A stretch of DNA of 64,000 nucleotides from the NCBI GenBank assembly GCA_965214605.1, contig OZ243961.1, forward strand, positions 2,831,008 to 2,895,007, read 5' to 3'. The notes under the pieces are model-generated. The model searched no databases, was not told where the DNA came from, and was given only the letters and a program-made list of their open reading frames with translations. The translations under genes were made by a program, and so were the position numbers. Each line of letters opens with the position of its first letter. Positions within the stretch are counted from its first letter, which is position 1. This document shows positions 47,183 through 57,534 of this stretch, in pieces. The DNA comes from an uncultured Candidatus Binatia bacterium (GTDB lineage Bacteria; Desulfobacterota; Binatia; Bin18).

Positions 47183-48139
47183 TCAAGCTGTTGGACGCCG
47201 AGTTTGGGTCTTGCGTAGAGGGGAGCGGCCCTCAACCCGCTCTTGAAGAGTGGTCCGGACAAAGGCCGACAGTCCGTCCTGCCAGGCTGGTAGAACGAAG
47301 GCAGGAGCTTGCAAGGTGGTCAAGACCGCGTAGCGTGGCCGTGGGGCGGAGCGGGGAAAGACGTTTGTGGCGACCGGTGTGACCGATATTGAAAGACCGA
47401 GCAGACGATACAAGGTTTGGGTCAGCTCAAACCAGCTCGTCCCCCCCGTGCCGGCAATATGGTAGGTGCCGTAGGCATGGCTGTGGATGAGCTTGAGCAA
47501 CGTCTGGGCGAGATGCGGCGCATAGGTTGGTGAGCCGTACTGATCGCTCACCACACGCACTTGCGGCCTCTCTGCTAGCTCGCACATTGTTTTGACGAAA
47601 TTGCGGCCCAGGGTGTGGTATAACCAGGCGGTACGAACGATATAGTGTTGCCGGTTAAGGCTGCGCACCGCCTCTTCGCCGGCCAGTTTACTCATCCCGT
47701 ACACCGACAGCGGGCGGGGCTGATCAAACTCGTGGTAGGGCCGCTCCGCCCGGCCGTCAAAAACATAATCGGTTGAGAGGTGCAGCAGGGGGATTGCCTC
47801 CTCAGCGCTTGCCAAGGCCAGGTTGCGCGGACCCAACGCGTTGACCCGATAGGCCAAATCGGGGGCGGTTTCGGCCTCATCGACGTTGGTGAAGGCGGCG
47901 GTGTTGATCACGATATGGGGGCGGAGTTGGCTGACGGCCCCGCGGACCGCGTCGAGTTGGGTGATATCAAGCTCGGATTTGCCGCAGGCGACAACTCGAT
48001 CAGTGCTGCCACCTAGCGCGTCCTGTAGTGCCCGCCCGAGTTGTCCTTGTGCTCCGGTTATCAGAATGTCCACGGCGCCTCGACAGATATCAACGATATC
48101 TCCCCAATGGAAGAGGTCATCAACGGCATCGTCGCTCAC
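47183..48139 (-). CDS. rmlD: dTDP-4-dehydrorhamnose reductase
   Basis: ILITGAQGQLG Rossmann motif, YxxxK motif (YGMSKLAGE), and RmlD-like length. The start may be the GTG at 48073 (VDILITG...); the track ORF adds 22 aa and abuts the rmlA stop. Confidence 0.85.
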   Translation of the reverse strand: MSDDAVDDLFHWGDIVDICRGAVDILITGAQGQLGRALQDALGGSTDRVVACGKSELDITQLDAVRGAVSQLRPHIVINTAAFTNVDEAETAPDLAYRVNALGPRNLALASAEEAIPLLHLSTDYVFDGRAERPYHEFDQPRPLSVYGMSKLAGEEAVRSLNRQHYIVRTAWLYHTLGRNFVKTMCELAERPQVRVVSDQYGSPTYAPHLAQTLLKLIHSHAYGTYHIAGTGGTSWFELTQTLYRLLGLSISVTPVATNVFPRSAPRPRYAVLTTLQAPAFVLPAWQDGLSAFVRTTLQERVEGRSPLRKTQTRRPTA

Positions 48140-48140
48140 A

Positions 48141-49013
48141 TTAGTCTGTCTGGTCCATCAACCGAAGGAGATATTGGCCGTATGGGCTCTCCTGCATGCT
48201 TTCCGCCCGGCGGGCAAGGTCTGCGGCTGTGATATAGCCTAGGGTGTAGGCGATTTCCTCCACGCATGAAATCATGAAGCCTTGGCGCTCTTGCAGAGCG
48301 TGGATAAAATTGGCCGCCTGGAGAAGCGATTCGTGGGTGCCCGTATCCAGCCACGCGATCCCACGTCCGAGTTTTTCGACGTACAGGCTCTGGTCTTGGA
48401 GATAGGCGAGATTCACATCGGTAATTTCGAGTTCTCCACGAGTCGAGGGAGTGAGCCGGGCGGCAATGTCAATGACCCGATTGTCATAAAAATACAGACC
48501 GGTCACCGCGTAGTGAGAGCGTGGAGTCGTCGGTTTTTCAACCAAACTGAGCGCCCGGCCGGCCGGGTCGAACTCGACGACCCCGTACCGCTCAGGGTCT
48601 CGAACCTGATAGGCAAAAACCGTTGCTCCGGCCGAACGCTCGGCCGCTGTTTGGAGCAGGGTGAGCAGGCCGTGGCCATAGAAAATATTATCGCCCAAAA
48701 TCAGGCCAACCGACTCCGAGCCGATAAATTCCCGACCAATTAAGAAGGCCTGGGCAATGCCTTCCGGCCGGGGCTGGCTGGCATACTCGATACTGAGACC
48801 TAGCCACTGTCCGTTGCCCAGCAGCCGGACAAAGGCATCCTGTTCGTGGGGTGTGGTGATGACCAAGATCTCTCGAATTCCGGCCAGCATTAACACCGAT
48901 AAGGGATAATAGATCATGGGTTTGTCATACACCGGCATGAGCTGTTTGCTGACCGCCCGGCTTAGGGGATATAGGCGTTTGCCCGCTCCTCCGGCCAGGA
49001 TGATGCCTTTCAT
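48141..49013 (-). CDS. rmlA: Glucose-1-phosphate thymidylyltransferase
   Basis: [39 protein letters not shown] is a near-consensus RmlA N-terminus. The ATG at 49013 has better GAGGT Shine-Dalgarno spacing than the ATG at 49019. Confidence 0.95.
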   Translation of the reverse strand: MKGIILAGGAGKRLYPLSRAVSKQLMPVYDKPMIYYPLSVLMLAGIREILVITTPHEQDAFVRLLGNGQWLGLSIEYASQPRPEGIAQAFLIGREFIGSESVGLILGDNIFYGHGLLTLLQTAAERSAGATVFAYQVRDPERYGVVEFDPAGRALSLVEKPTTPRSHYAVTGLYFYDNRVIDIAARLTPSTRGELEITDVNLAYLQDQSLYVEKLGRGIAWLDTGTHESLLQAANFIHALQERQGFMISCVEEIAYTLGYITAADLARRAESMQESPYGQYLLRLMDQTD

Positions 49014-49050
49014 ACACATCCTTACCTCATAGGTCTGTCACACTGCTCAG

Positions 49051-50169
49051 TCACCTATCCTGGCCACGTTTGGCCGCGGTCTGCCCGGCTAGATCAATCC
49101 CTAAGCGTTGGCCCTGGTCTTTGCCCGCCAGCACGGTCTCGCACCACTCCCGATGTGAGAGATACCACTCGACCGTGTCTTGCAGGCCGCGGTCAAAATC
49201 ATAACGAGGGTGCCAGCCGAGCTCGGTCCGAATCTTGGTCGCGTCAATGGCGTAGCGGCGGTCATGGCCCGGCCGATCCGCGACAAAGGTTTTCAGCGCC
49301 GCGTAGCTTGCAATCCCTTTTCGGCCTAAACTCGGGTTATGAGCGGCTGGAAAGACGGTCTCCATGCACGCACAGAGCCGGTCGACAACCTCCAGATTGG
49401 TGCGTTCATTACCGCCGCCAATATTATAGCTCTCCCCTACCCTACCGCGCTGCAGGACAAGGAGCAGACCGGCGCAATGGTCTTCAACGTGGAGCCAGTC
49501 TCGCGTATAGCCTCCGTCACCGTAAATCGGTAACAGCTTGCCCTGTAGGGCGTTGAGCACCATGAGCGGAATCAACTTTTCGGGGAATTGGTAGGGGCCA
49601 TAATTATTTGAGCAGTTGGTGATCAGGGTTGGCAGCGCGTAGGTTTCTCGATAGGCCCGCACCAGATGATCGGCCCCGGCCTTTGAGGCCGAATAGGGAG
49701 AATTTGGCGCATATGGAGTCGTTTCTGAAAAGAGGCCGGTTTGGCCCAAAGTTCCATACACTTCGTCGGTTGAGATGTGCACGAAACGGAAGGCCGCCCG
49801 CTGCTCAGCCGACAGCCCCGTCCAGTAGTGACGTGCGGCCTCAAGCAGCGAGAAGGTACCGATAAGATTGGTCTCAATAAACGGCCACGGCCCGTCGATT
49901 GAGCGGTCAACATGGGTTTCTGCGGCAAAATGAATAATGGCCTGGGGCTGGCTGTCAAGGACAAGGCCGGTCATGGCCGCTCGGTCGGCGATATCGGCCC
50001 GAATAAACCGAAAGCGCGGCTGGTACCGCACCTCTGCTAGGTTGGCCAGGTTGCCCGCATAGCTCAGCTTATCCACAACGACGACCCGGACTTCGGTCTG
50101 AGCCAAGGCATAGCGGACAAAATTGCTCCCGATAAACCCTGCCCCGCCGGTTACCAGTATCGTCCCCAT
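49051..50169 (-). CDS. rmlB: dTDP-glucose 4,6-dehydratase
   Basis: [11 protein letters not shown] Rossmann motif and YSASKAG catalytic motif, with RmlB-like length. ATG at 50169 with a GGGGTGG Shine-Dalgarno. Confidence 0.95.
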   Translation of the reverse strand: MGTILVTGGAGFIGSNFVRYALAQTEVRVVVVDKLSYAGNLANLAEVRYQPRFRFIRADIADRAAMTGLVLDSQPQAIIHFAAETHVDRSIDGPWPFIETNLIGTFSLLEAARHYWTGLSAEQRAAFRFVHISTDEVYGTLGQTGLFSETTPYAPNSPYSASKAGADHLVRAYRETYALPTLITNCSNNYGPYQFPEKLIPLMVLNALQGKLLPIYGDGGYTRDWLHVEDHCAGLLLVLQRGRVGESYNIGGGNERTNLEVVDRLCACMETVFPAAHNPSLGRKGIASYAALKTFVADRPGHDRRYAIDATKIRTELGWHPRYDFDRGLQDTVEWYLSHREWCETVLAGKDQGQRLGIDLAGQTAAKRGQDR

Positions 50170-50349
50170 GCGCGCCACCCCTGTCTGTTCGTCGCAGCTC
50201 TAGCCGCCTCCGATCGCCACGGCTGACTATAGCACTGCCGGAGACCAACTGCGAATCAGGCCGCCTAGGGAGGCCGAAGTCAAGCTCATATGCTACACCC
50301 TAATAGATCTGACACATCAGGCGACACGGCACGATCAGGAGACAAGCCT

Positions 50350-51363
50350 ATGTCCATCTATATTTTAGCCGGAGATGTTGGTGGGACGAAGACCGATCTT
50401 GCCCTCTACCACGCCGCGGATCAGGCTGCTGAGGAAGAGGGCAGGGCGATGACCTTGGTGCGCGAGGCCTCTTTTCCCAGTCTGCGCTATCCGGGCCTAG
50501 AGGAGGTCATTGATGTCTTCCTCGACCGCCAAGCACCTGTCAGAGCCGCAGCCTTTGGGATTGCCGGACCCGTCCTAGACGGAAAAGTCACCACGACAAA
50601 CCTGGCCTGGCAGGTCGAAGCGACCCGTCTCGCCCGACGCCTCAATGGTGCTCAGGTCCGGCTGATGAACGACCTTGAAGCCACGGCCCATGGTGCCCTC
50701 TCCCTCGCCCCGGAGGAGATACAGAGCCTCAACCCGGGCCTTGCGCGTCGCGGCCACCGTGCGATCATTGCCGCGGGTACGGGACTGGGCCAGGCCTTTC
50801 TGTTCTGGGACGGCCAGCAGTATCGGGCCGCAGCGACTGAGGGGGGTCATGTCGATTTTGCCCCTCGCAATACGCTTGAAGAACGCTTATTAGGCTATCT
50901 CCGGCGGCGCTATACGCGTGTCTCCTACGAACGGCTCGTGTCCGGTTCGGGTCTGGGCCAGATCTGTCGCTTTTTGGTCGAGGAGGAGGGCAGAGCCCTC
51001 ACTGCTGGGGTGGCGAAACGGATACAGACTGCGGATCCGGCGGCGGTTATCGGCCAGGCTGGGGTAAGCGCCGAGTGTCCCACCTGCGAGGCCGCCGTTG
51101 AGATCTTTCTGAGCATCTACGGCGCTCAGGCTGGGAATTTGGCGCTTACCGTTATGAGTCTGGGTGGCGTGTATGTTGGGGGCGGAATTATCGTTAAGCT
51201 GTTACCCAAAGTCGGCCACGGCGCGTTTATGCGAGCGTTTGTGGACAAAGGACGCTTTGCCTCGCTGATGGAAGAAATCCCGGTGCGGATTTTGCTCAAC
51301 CCCAAGACTTCTCAAATCGGTGCCGCCCAGGCTGCGCTCCGGCTCCTCAGCGGCTCAGCCTAA
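50350..51363 (+). CDS. glk: Glucokinase (ROK/Glk family)
   Basis: [19 protein letters not shown]-binding N-terminus; matches Glk over its length. AGGAGA Shine-Dalgarno before the ATG at 50350. Confidence 0.8.
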   Translation: MSIYILAGDVGGTKTDLALYHAADQAAEEEGRAMTLVREASFPSLRYPGLEEVIDVFLDRQAPVRAAAFGIAGPVLDGKVTTTNLAWQVEATRLARRLNGAQVRLMNDLEATAHGALSLAPEEIQSLNPGLARRGHRAIIAAGTGLGQAFLFWDGQQYRAAATEGGHVDFAPRNTLEERLLGYLRRRYTRVSYERLVSGSGLGQICRFLVEEEGRALTAGVAKRIQTADPAAVIGQAGVSAECPTCEAAVEIFLSIYGAQAGNLALTVMSLGGVYVGGGIIVKLLPKVGHGAFMRAFVDKGRFASLMEEIPVRILLNPKTSQIGAAQAALRLLSGSA

Positions 51364-53344
51364 GCCGGCCCACAATCGCTGCAAAAACCTCCTCTGCGCA
51401 CTCCTCGACAGAGTGCTCTGTGGTCTGAATACGCAGCGCTGGATGGTCCGGCGGTTCATACGGCGAGGAAATGCCGGTAAACTCGTCAATCTCTCCGGCC
51501 CGGGCTTTGCCGTACAACCCTTTCACATCTCGTTGCTCACACACCTCGAGCGGCGTCTCGACATACACCTCAAAGAAACGCTCCGGCCCAATTGTCTTCT
51601 GAGCCCGGCGGCGGTCGTCGCGAAAGGGAGAAATAACCGGCACTAGCACGATCAACCCGGCCTGATTAAAGAGGCGTGCGACCTCTCCAATCCGACGGAT
51701 ATTCTCGGTTCGCGCGTCGGGTGAAAAGCCGAGATCTGTGTTCAGGCCAAAACGGAGAGTGTCGCCGTCTAGGCAAAACGCGTGGAAGCCCGCCTCGTGC
51801 AGACGCTTTTCCAATGCGTGGGCTATTGAGGACTTGCCCGAACCGGACAATCCTGTCAACCACACGGTAAGCGGGTGTTGAGCCAGGGCAGTCTCTCGAT
51901 CGGCGCTTGATACCAGGCCTGTCTCAAGCCGAATATTGCGCTCCTGCTCCAAACGGCGGTTGGGATCTTTTGAGAGGCTGGGGTCTGGAAAAGGGTCTGT
52001 TGAGCCCTCTCCCAATGATTGGTCATCAATGCTCTCTTTTGGAACCCGGTCGATGACCATGCCCGCCCCGACCGTGTTATTGGTCAGGCGGTCGATAATG
52101 ATAAAGGCACCGGTCGCCCGATTTTTGCGGTAGGGATCAAAGGCGACCCGTTTTTCGAGCTTCAGCACGCAGCGTCCGATTTCATTCAGCCGTAACTCGT
52201 CGGCCGCCTCTCGGTGCAGGGTATTGATATCCATGCGATAGCGGACCGCGCTGATAAGGCCGGGCGTCTTCAGCGTGGCGTGCTTAATCAGGTAGGGTTT
52301 GCCCGGCTGCATCGCCTCTTCGGTCATCCACACCACCATGGCCTCAAAGCTGCTTGCCTCCACCGGTCGGTTGTTCGGATGGACGAGGACATCACCCCGG
52401 CTAATATCGAGTTCATCCTCAAGAGTAAGAGTCACGGCCAGCGGTGAGCAGGCTTCGTCAAGTTCTCCGTCGAAGGTGAGAATCGACTCGACCCGGCTCT
52501 TTTTCTGCGACGGGAGCACCATGATCTCGTCGCCCGGCCGCACAATCCCCCCCGCAATCGTACCACAATAGCCGCGGAAATCCGCATTCGGGCGGTTGAC
52601 GTATTGGACCGGTAGTCGAAAGTCGATCAGATTCAGGTCTGAGGCAATATGCACGTGTTCTAGCAGATACATGAGGGTGGCACCCTGATACCACGGCATG
52701 GCCTCGCTTTTGGTGACCACATTATCTCCCCGCAAGGCGGACAGGGGGATAAAGCGGACATCGTTCTGTTCCAGCCGGGTGGCAAAGGCCGAGTAGTCGG
52801 CGACAATGGCGTCAAATACCTCCTGCTTGTAGGCGACGAGGTCCATCTTATTGACCGCGACAATGACGTGCTTAATGCCCAACAGCGAGGTGATAAAACT
52901 GTGGCGGCGGGTTTGGGTCAGCACGCCGCGGCGTGCATCAATCAGAATAATAGCCAAGTCGCAGGTCGAAGCCCCGGTGGCCATATTGCGCGTGTACTGC
53001 TCGTGGCCGGGCGTGTCGGCGATAATGAATTTCCGTCTGGCGGTTGAAAAATAGCGGTAGGCGACATCAATGGTGATGCCTTGTTCACGTTCGGCTTTGA
53101 GTCCGTCGGTCAATAGCGCGGGGTCAAATGCCGAGTCGGTCGTGCCATAGCGCTGCGAATCTTTTTTGATCGCGTCGAGTTGATCTTCATAGATCAGCTT
53201 TGAATCGTATAGCAGTCGGCCGATCAGGGTACTCTTGCCGTCATCCACGCTTCCACAGGTCAAGAAACGCAGCATGTCTTTGCGTTCATGTTGGGCGAGA
53301 TAGGCTTCGATATCGGTGGCGATCAGATCGGATTGATGCGACAT
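51347..53344 (-). CDS. cysNC: Bifunctional sulfate adenylyltransferase subunit 1 / adenylylsulfate kinase (CysN-CysC fusion)
   Basis: N-terminal EF-Tu-like GTPase ([18 protein letters not shown]). C-terminal APS kinase domain with P-loop GLSGSGKSS. Confidence 0.95.
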   Translation of the reverse strand: MSHQSDLIATDIEAYLAQHERKDMLRFLTCGSVDDGKSTLIGRLLYDSKLIYEDQLDAIKKDSQRYGTTDSAFDPALLTDGLKAEREQGITIDVAYRYFSTARRKFIIADTPGHEQYTRNMATGASTCDLAIILIDARRGVLTQTRRHSFITSLLGIKHVIVAVNKMDLVAYKQEVFDAIVADYSAFATRLEQNDVRFIPLSALRGDNVVTKSEAMPWYQGATLMYLLEHVHIASDLNLIDFRLPVQYVNRPNADFRGYCGTIAGGIVRPGDEIMVLPSQKKSRVESILTFDGELDEACSPLAVTLTLEDELDISRGDVLVHPNNRPVEASSFEAMVVWMTEEAMQPGKPYLIKHATLKTPGLISAVRYRMDINTLHREAADELRLNEIGRCVLKLEKRVAFDPYRKNRATGAFIIIDRLTNNTVGAGMVIDRVPKESIDDQSLGEGSTDPFPDPSLSKDPNRRLEQERNIRLETGLVSSADRETALAQHPLTVWLTGLSGSGKSSIAHALEKRLHEAGFHAFCLDGDTLRFGLNTDLGFSPDARTENIRRIGEVARLFNQAGLIVLVPVISPFRDDRRRAQKTIGPERFFEVYVETPLEVCEQRDVKGLYGKARAGEIDEFTGISSPYEPPDHPALRIQTTEHSVEECAEEVFAAIVGRLRLSR

Positions 53345-53366
53345 GGGCGGCGGCTTCCGGCAAAGA

Positions 53367-54287
53367 CTAGAAATAGCCCTCTTTTTTCTTCTCTTCCATC
53401 GAACCCGTCTGGTCGAAGTCGATGACCCGACCCTGGCGCTCTGAGTGCTTGGTCAGCAGCATCTCTTGAATAATCAGCGGTAAAGTATCTGCCTGTGACT
53501 CCACTGCGCCGGTCAAGGGATAGCAGCCCAGGGTTCGGAAGCGGACCATCTTCATCTGGGGTTTTTCTCCCGGCCGCAGCGGCATCCGCTCATCGTCAAC
53601 CATGATCCAGACCCCATCCCGGTCGACAACCGGCCGCTCCTTGGCATAGTACAGCGGGACGATCGGGATCTGCTCGAGGTAGACGTACTGCCACACGTCA
53701 AGCTCGGTCCAGTTTGACAGCGGAAACACCCGGATGCTTTCGCCCTTGTCAATGGTGGCGTTATAGATGTTCCACAACTCGGGACGCTGATTTTTGGGGT
53801 CCCAGCGGTGATTGCGGTCCCGAAACGAATACACCCGCTCTTTGGCTCGCGACTTTTCTTCATCTCGTCGGGCACCGCCAAAGGCCGCGTCAAAACGGTA
53901 GCGATCAAGCGCCTGTTTGAGGGCCTCAGTCTTCATAATATCGGTGTGTTTTTTCGAGCCGTGGGTGAACGGATTGATCCCGGCTCGGCGCCCCTCTTCG
54001 TTGATGTATACGATGAGATCTAAGCCCAATTCTTGTCGGACATAGGAGTCGCGAAAGGCGATCATGTCGCGAAACTTCCAGGTTGTATCAACGTGGAGGA
54101 GTGGAAACGGAGGGATTCCTGGATAAAAGGCTTTGCGCGCTAAGTGGAGCATGACGGCCGAATCCTTGCCGATGGAATACAACATGACCGGATTTTCAAA
54201 TTCGGCGACAACTTCCCGAATAATATGGATACTTTCCGCCTCAAGACTCCGTAAATGGGTCAGGGCCTGCGCGTCGTCTGTTTTCAT
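53367..54287 (-). CDS. cysD: Sulfate adenylyltransferase subunit 2
   Basis: PAPS-reductase-fold N-terminus ([20 protein letters not shown]), 306 aa. Directly upstream of cysNC. Confidence 0.95.
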   Translation of the reverse strand: MKTDDAQALTHLRSLEAESIHIIREVVAEFENPVMLYSIGKDSAVMLHLARKAFYPGIPPFPLLHVDTTWKFRDMIAFRDSYVRQELGLDLIVYINEEGRRAGINPFTHGSKKHTDIMKTEALKQALDRYRFDAAFGGARRDEEKSRAKERVYSFRDRNHRWDPKNQRPELWNIYNATIDKGESIRVFPLSNWTELDVWQYVYLEQIPIVPLYYAKERPVVDRDGVWIMVDDERMPLRPGEKPQMKMVRFRTLGCYPLTGAVESQADTLPLIIQEMLLTKHSERQGRVIDFDQTGSMEEKKKEGYF

Positions 54288-54341
54288 CGCGTGTATTGTG
54301 GAGGAAGACAGGCGATAAGCCAGCCCCGACCAGAGAAAAGA

Positions 54342-55085
54342 TTATCGTTCATCCGTCCCTCGCCCTTGACCGCACACCGTGCAGTCGGGATCCTTGGCGA
54401 CCGGCCAGTCGCTGAATCGGAACTGGGGAAACTGACACTCAAAGACCCGGCTGGATGAAGAGGGGCTGAGCCCGACCAGCCATTTGAGGGCTTCGGTGGC
54501 CTGAAATGCTCCCCAAAACAGATCGGCCAGCCGCTCAAACGCTGCTCCCTCCGGTATCCCTCTCCTGTGCTCAGCCGGCAGACACGCCCAGCAGGCCGCG
54601 TCCGGACCGCTCCGGCCCACGAACAAGCGTCGGTGCGAGGTCTGAGCCCAGCTGCAGCACAAGGGGTGGCCGACACTGCCGCAGGAGTCGACGAGCAGAT
54701 CGGGCTCGGAGACCACCAGGTCATAGGCAGCGAGCAGTGGCAGTGCCGCCCCGCCTGCGTCATGCCGCACGACGCGACAGTCCGGATTCAAACGCTCAAG
54801 CGTGGCTACGACCGGGTCATCCGGCTCATCGCTCGCAAAGGCCGAAAATATCGCCGGCCGCCCGCGGCTGCGCAGCCCAATGGTGCCGACTCCGGCAGCG
54901 GCCAGGTACAGCAGGGTCGTTGTCTGGGGGGCGCCGCCGTTGACGAGCACCCTGGCCCGCAGCAGTGTCTCTTGGCCTTTGCCGCCCAGCTGGGGGAGAA
55001 TGATTTGGCGGCTATAGCGTTCGATTTGGGCCTCAGACAGCATGAGAACAGGGTGGTCGAGCCGGGAGGGGGTCTTTAGAATCAC
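54342..55085 (-). CDS. ThiF/MoeB-like E1 paralogue with degenerate nucleotide-binding motif
   Basis: Conserved N-terminal IERYSRQIILPQLGGKGQETLLRARVLV and YLAAAGVGTIGL motifs, and C-terminal CxxC...CxxC Zn motifs. The GxGxxG loop is replaced by VNGGAPQTT, and the DxD.SNLQRQ catalytic region is absent. Confidence 0.6.
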   Translation of the reverse strand: MILKTPSRLDHPVLMLSEAQIERYSRQIILPQLGGKGQETLLRARVLVNGGAPQTTTLLYLAAAGVGTIGLRSRGRPAIFSAFASDEPDDPVVATLERLNPDCRVVRHDAGGAALPLLAAYDLVVSEPDLLVDSCGSVGHPLCCSWAQTSHRRLFVGRSGPDAACWACLPAEHRRGIPEGAAFERLADLFWGAFQATEALKWLVGLSPSSSSRVFECQFPQFRFSDWPVAKDPDCTVCGQGRGTDER

Positions 55086-55114
55086 ATCGGAGTTCGTGAG
55101 ACCGGCGACCTGTC

Positions 55115-55390
55115 TTATCCTCCGGCGATTGCCGGGACGATAGAAACCTCGTCACCATCTTTGAGGGCCGTGTCAAGATTGTCTGAAAAACGGATATCGT
55201 CGCCGTTCACGAAGATATTGACAAAGCGGCGAACATTCCCCTGGTCGTCGCAAATCCGCTCTTTGATCCCCGGGTGGTTCTGTTCGATATTGTTAACCAC
55301 AGCAGAGATCGTATTGCCTTCTGCCCTGACTTCTTGGGCACCGCCGGTGAAACGACGAAGGGGGGTTGGTATCCGTACCTGGACACTCAT
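55115..55390 (-). CDS. CysO-like sulfur-carrier protein (ThiS/MoaD family, C-terminal GG)
   Basis: 91 aa (MSVQVRIPTPLRRFTGGAQEV...FVNIFVNGDDIRF...DGDEVSIVPAIAGG), closely patterned on mycobacterial CysO. Strong GAGGAGG Shine-Dalgarno 8 nt before the ATG at 55390. Confidence 0.8.
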   Translation of the reverse strand: MSVQVRIPTPLRRFTGGAQEVRAEGNTISAVVNNIEQNHPGIKERICDDQGNVRRFVNIFVNGDDIRFSDNLDTALKDGDEVSIVPAIAGG

Positions 55391-55448
55391 ACCTGACACC
55401 TCCTCATAACTCATACAAGATTTTTCTAACTGTGACGGTTTTCTATGG

Positions 55449-56732
55449 CTAATGCAATTCCGTCGCTCGAACTTTTTCCAGCGGCCTGACCGGCCCGTCT
55501 CGGGTCGCCCGATATAGTGCGTCGAACTCAGCTAGGCGGGCATCTATGGTCTGTGGTTCGGTCAACTGTCCAGCGACGGCTTCGATCGTCTTATAGCCGT
55601 TGCCGGTAATACAGATCACAATCGACTCGTCGCACGGAATACGTCCCTGCTCAATCAGCTTTTTGGTTACCGCCACAGTCGTGCCGCCGGCCGGCTCGGT
55701 AAAAATCCCCTCTGTGCGGGCCAACAGCTGAATCCCGGCCACGATTTCTTCGTCCGTCGCTGCTTCACCCCAGCCGCCCGACTCGCGGACCGCCTGCAGC
55801 ACGTAGTAGCCGTCGGCCGGGTTGCCAATGGCGATCGACTTGGCGATCGTGCGCGGTTTGACCGGATCGATCAAGTCTGTGCCTTTGTGCAGCGCGCTCA
55901 CAACCGGCGCACACCCGGCGGCCTGGGCGGTATAGATCTTGGGCAGCTGCCCACCCTCGACTAGGCCGACTGTTTGGAGTTCCTCGAACGCCTTGGCCAC
56001 CTTGGGCAAAATCGTGCCGCCCGCGGTTGGTACAACAACGTGCTGGGGGAGGCGCCAGCCGAGCTGCTCCGCAATTTCAAAACCGTAGGTTTTGGCGCCT
56101 TCGGTATAATACGGCCGAATGTTGATATTCACAAACGCCCAGCCGTATGCATCGGCAATCTCACTACACAGCCGGTTCACGTCGTCGTAGTTGCCACGGA
56201 TGGCAATCGCCTGCGGACCATAGATTGTTGAGCCCACCACCTTGCCCTGCTCCAGGTCGGCCGGAATAAAAATACAGCAGCGGAGCCCGGCCCGAGCCGC
56301 GTGGGCGGAGACCGAGTTGGCCAGATTGCCGGTCGAGGCACAGGACACCGTCTCAAAGCCAAACTCCAGGGCTTTTGACATCGCGACTGAGACGACCCGG
56401 TCTTTGTATGAAAACGTTGGATGATTGACCGAGTCGTCTTTGACATACAGTTCATTGAGCCCGAGTGCAGCGGCGAGCCGGTCGGCTTTGACCAGCGGGG
56501 TAAAGCCGCTGTGGAGGCCGATTGTCGGCGGTCGGCTAAGAGGCAGGAGCTCTTGATAACGCCACAGAGAAGCCGGCCGCGCGGCAACGGTCCGGTGAGA
56601 CATCGTGCGGCGGATGAGAGCATAGTCATACTCGACTTCGAGCGGCCCAAAACACATTTCACACACATGGACGGGAGTGACGGGGTAGTCCTGTCCGCAC
56701 TCACGACAGCGTAAACCGGTAACAGTGTTCAT
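55449..56732 (-). CDS. Threonine-synthase-fold PLP enzyme (ThrC or ThrC-like sulfur-incorporating paralogue)
   Basis: N-terminal Zn-ribbon (CRECGQ...CEMC) as in archaeal-type ThrC, PLP-lysine motif PTFSYKDR, and a glycine loop (GNxAxS). Context (CysO-like, E1s, cysDN) leaves the function ambiguous. Confidence 0.75.
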   Translation of the reverse strand: MNTVTGLRCRECGQDYPVTPVHVCEMCFGPLEVEYDYALIRRTMSHRTVAARPASLWRYQELLPLSRPPTIGLHSGFTPLVKADRLAAALGLNELYVKDDSVNHPTFSYKDRVVSVAMSKALEFGFETVSCASTGNLANSVSAHAARAGLRCCIFIPADLEQGKVVGSTIYGPQAIAIRGNYDDVNRLCSEIADAYGWAFVNINIRPYYTEGAKTYGFEIAEQLGWRLPQHVVVPTAGGTILPKVAKAFEELQTVGLVEGGQLPKIYTAQAAGCAPVVSALHKGTDLIDPVKPRTIAKSIAIGNPADGYYVLQAVRESGGWGEAATDEEIVAGIQLLARTEGIFTEPAGGTTVAVTKKLIEQGRIPCDESIVICITGNGYKTIEAVAGQLTEPQTIDARLAEFDALYRATRDGPVRPLEKVRATELH

Positions 56733-56775
56733 ACGTATCCTTCAGGGAGAAACGCTCCGGTCGGTGTATCTCTCC

Positions 56776-57534
56776 TCAATGAGTCTGACACAGCCCGGCT
56801 TCTTCGTAACGTTCGGGCTGGAGGCTGGTGATGGTGGGCAGGGGGCCGCACAGCGGACAGCGTGGGTTGGGGTTGAGGCGGACCTCGCGCCAACGCGGAA
56901 GCTGGGCATCATAGGTCAGCAGACGATTGGTTAACAGCTCTGGGCTGCCGTTCAAATATTTGACCGCCTCAGTGGCTTGGATGAGACCGAGGCTGCCGGC
57001 GACGCTGCCCAGAACGCCAGCCTCCTGACAGCTCGGAATCTCATCCGGAGAGGGCGCAACCGGAAATAAACACCGCAGGCAGGTGCTTTTTCCCGGCAGG
57101 ACGGTGAGGGTTTGGCCCTGAAACTGGACAATTCCGGCGTATGAAAACGGTTTGCCGAGCAAGACTGCGGCGTCATTGATCAGAAATTTTGTGGTGGTTC
57201 CGTCGGTCGCGTCGATCACAAAGTCATAGTCTTGGAAGACGGCGCTCATATTGTTCAGCGTGAGCTGCTCTGGGTAGGTCCTGAGTCGACCGGTCGGCCG
57301 CAGACGGGAGAGCTTCTCGCGGGCAGATTCTACTTTGGGGTGGTGCAGATCGGGTGTGAAATGCAGGATCTGACGTTGTAAATTGGACACATCGACCACG
57401 TCTGGATCAATCAGGCCGATCCTGCCGACCCCAGCCAGAGCCAAGGCGAGGGCCGCCGGACAGCCCAGGCCCCCGACACCGACAACAAGCACCGACCCAC
57501 CATCTTTTAGAACGGTATCCATTCCGGCATCCAT
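56776..57534 (-). CDS. MoeB/ThiF-family E1-like adenylyltransferase (short form)
   Basis: GxGxxG motif (VLVVGVGGLGCPAALALALAGVG), DPDVVDVSNLQRQ and C-terminal CxxC pairs. Lacks the N-terminal RYSRQ helix. Confidence 0.85.
   Translation of the reverse strand: MDAGMDTVLKDGGSVLVVGVGGLGCPAALALALAGVGRIGLIDPDVVDVSNLQRQILHFTPDLHHPKVESAREKLSRLRPTGRLRTYPEQLTLNNMSAVFQDYDFVIDATDGTTTKFLINDAAVLLGKPFSYAGIVQFQGQTLTVLPGKSTCLRCLFPVAPSPDEIPSCQEAGVLGSVAGSLGLIQATEAVKYLNGSPELLTNRLLTYDAQLPRWREVRLNPNPRCPLCGPLPTITSLQPERYEEAGLCQTH

Noticed and set aside
54567-55079. 170-aa plus-strand ORF antisense to the degenerate E1-like gene
   Set aside because: Antisense artefact. The minus-strand frame carries the recognisable ThiF/MoeB motifs.
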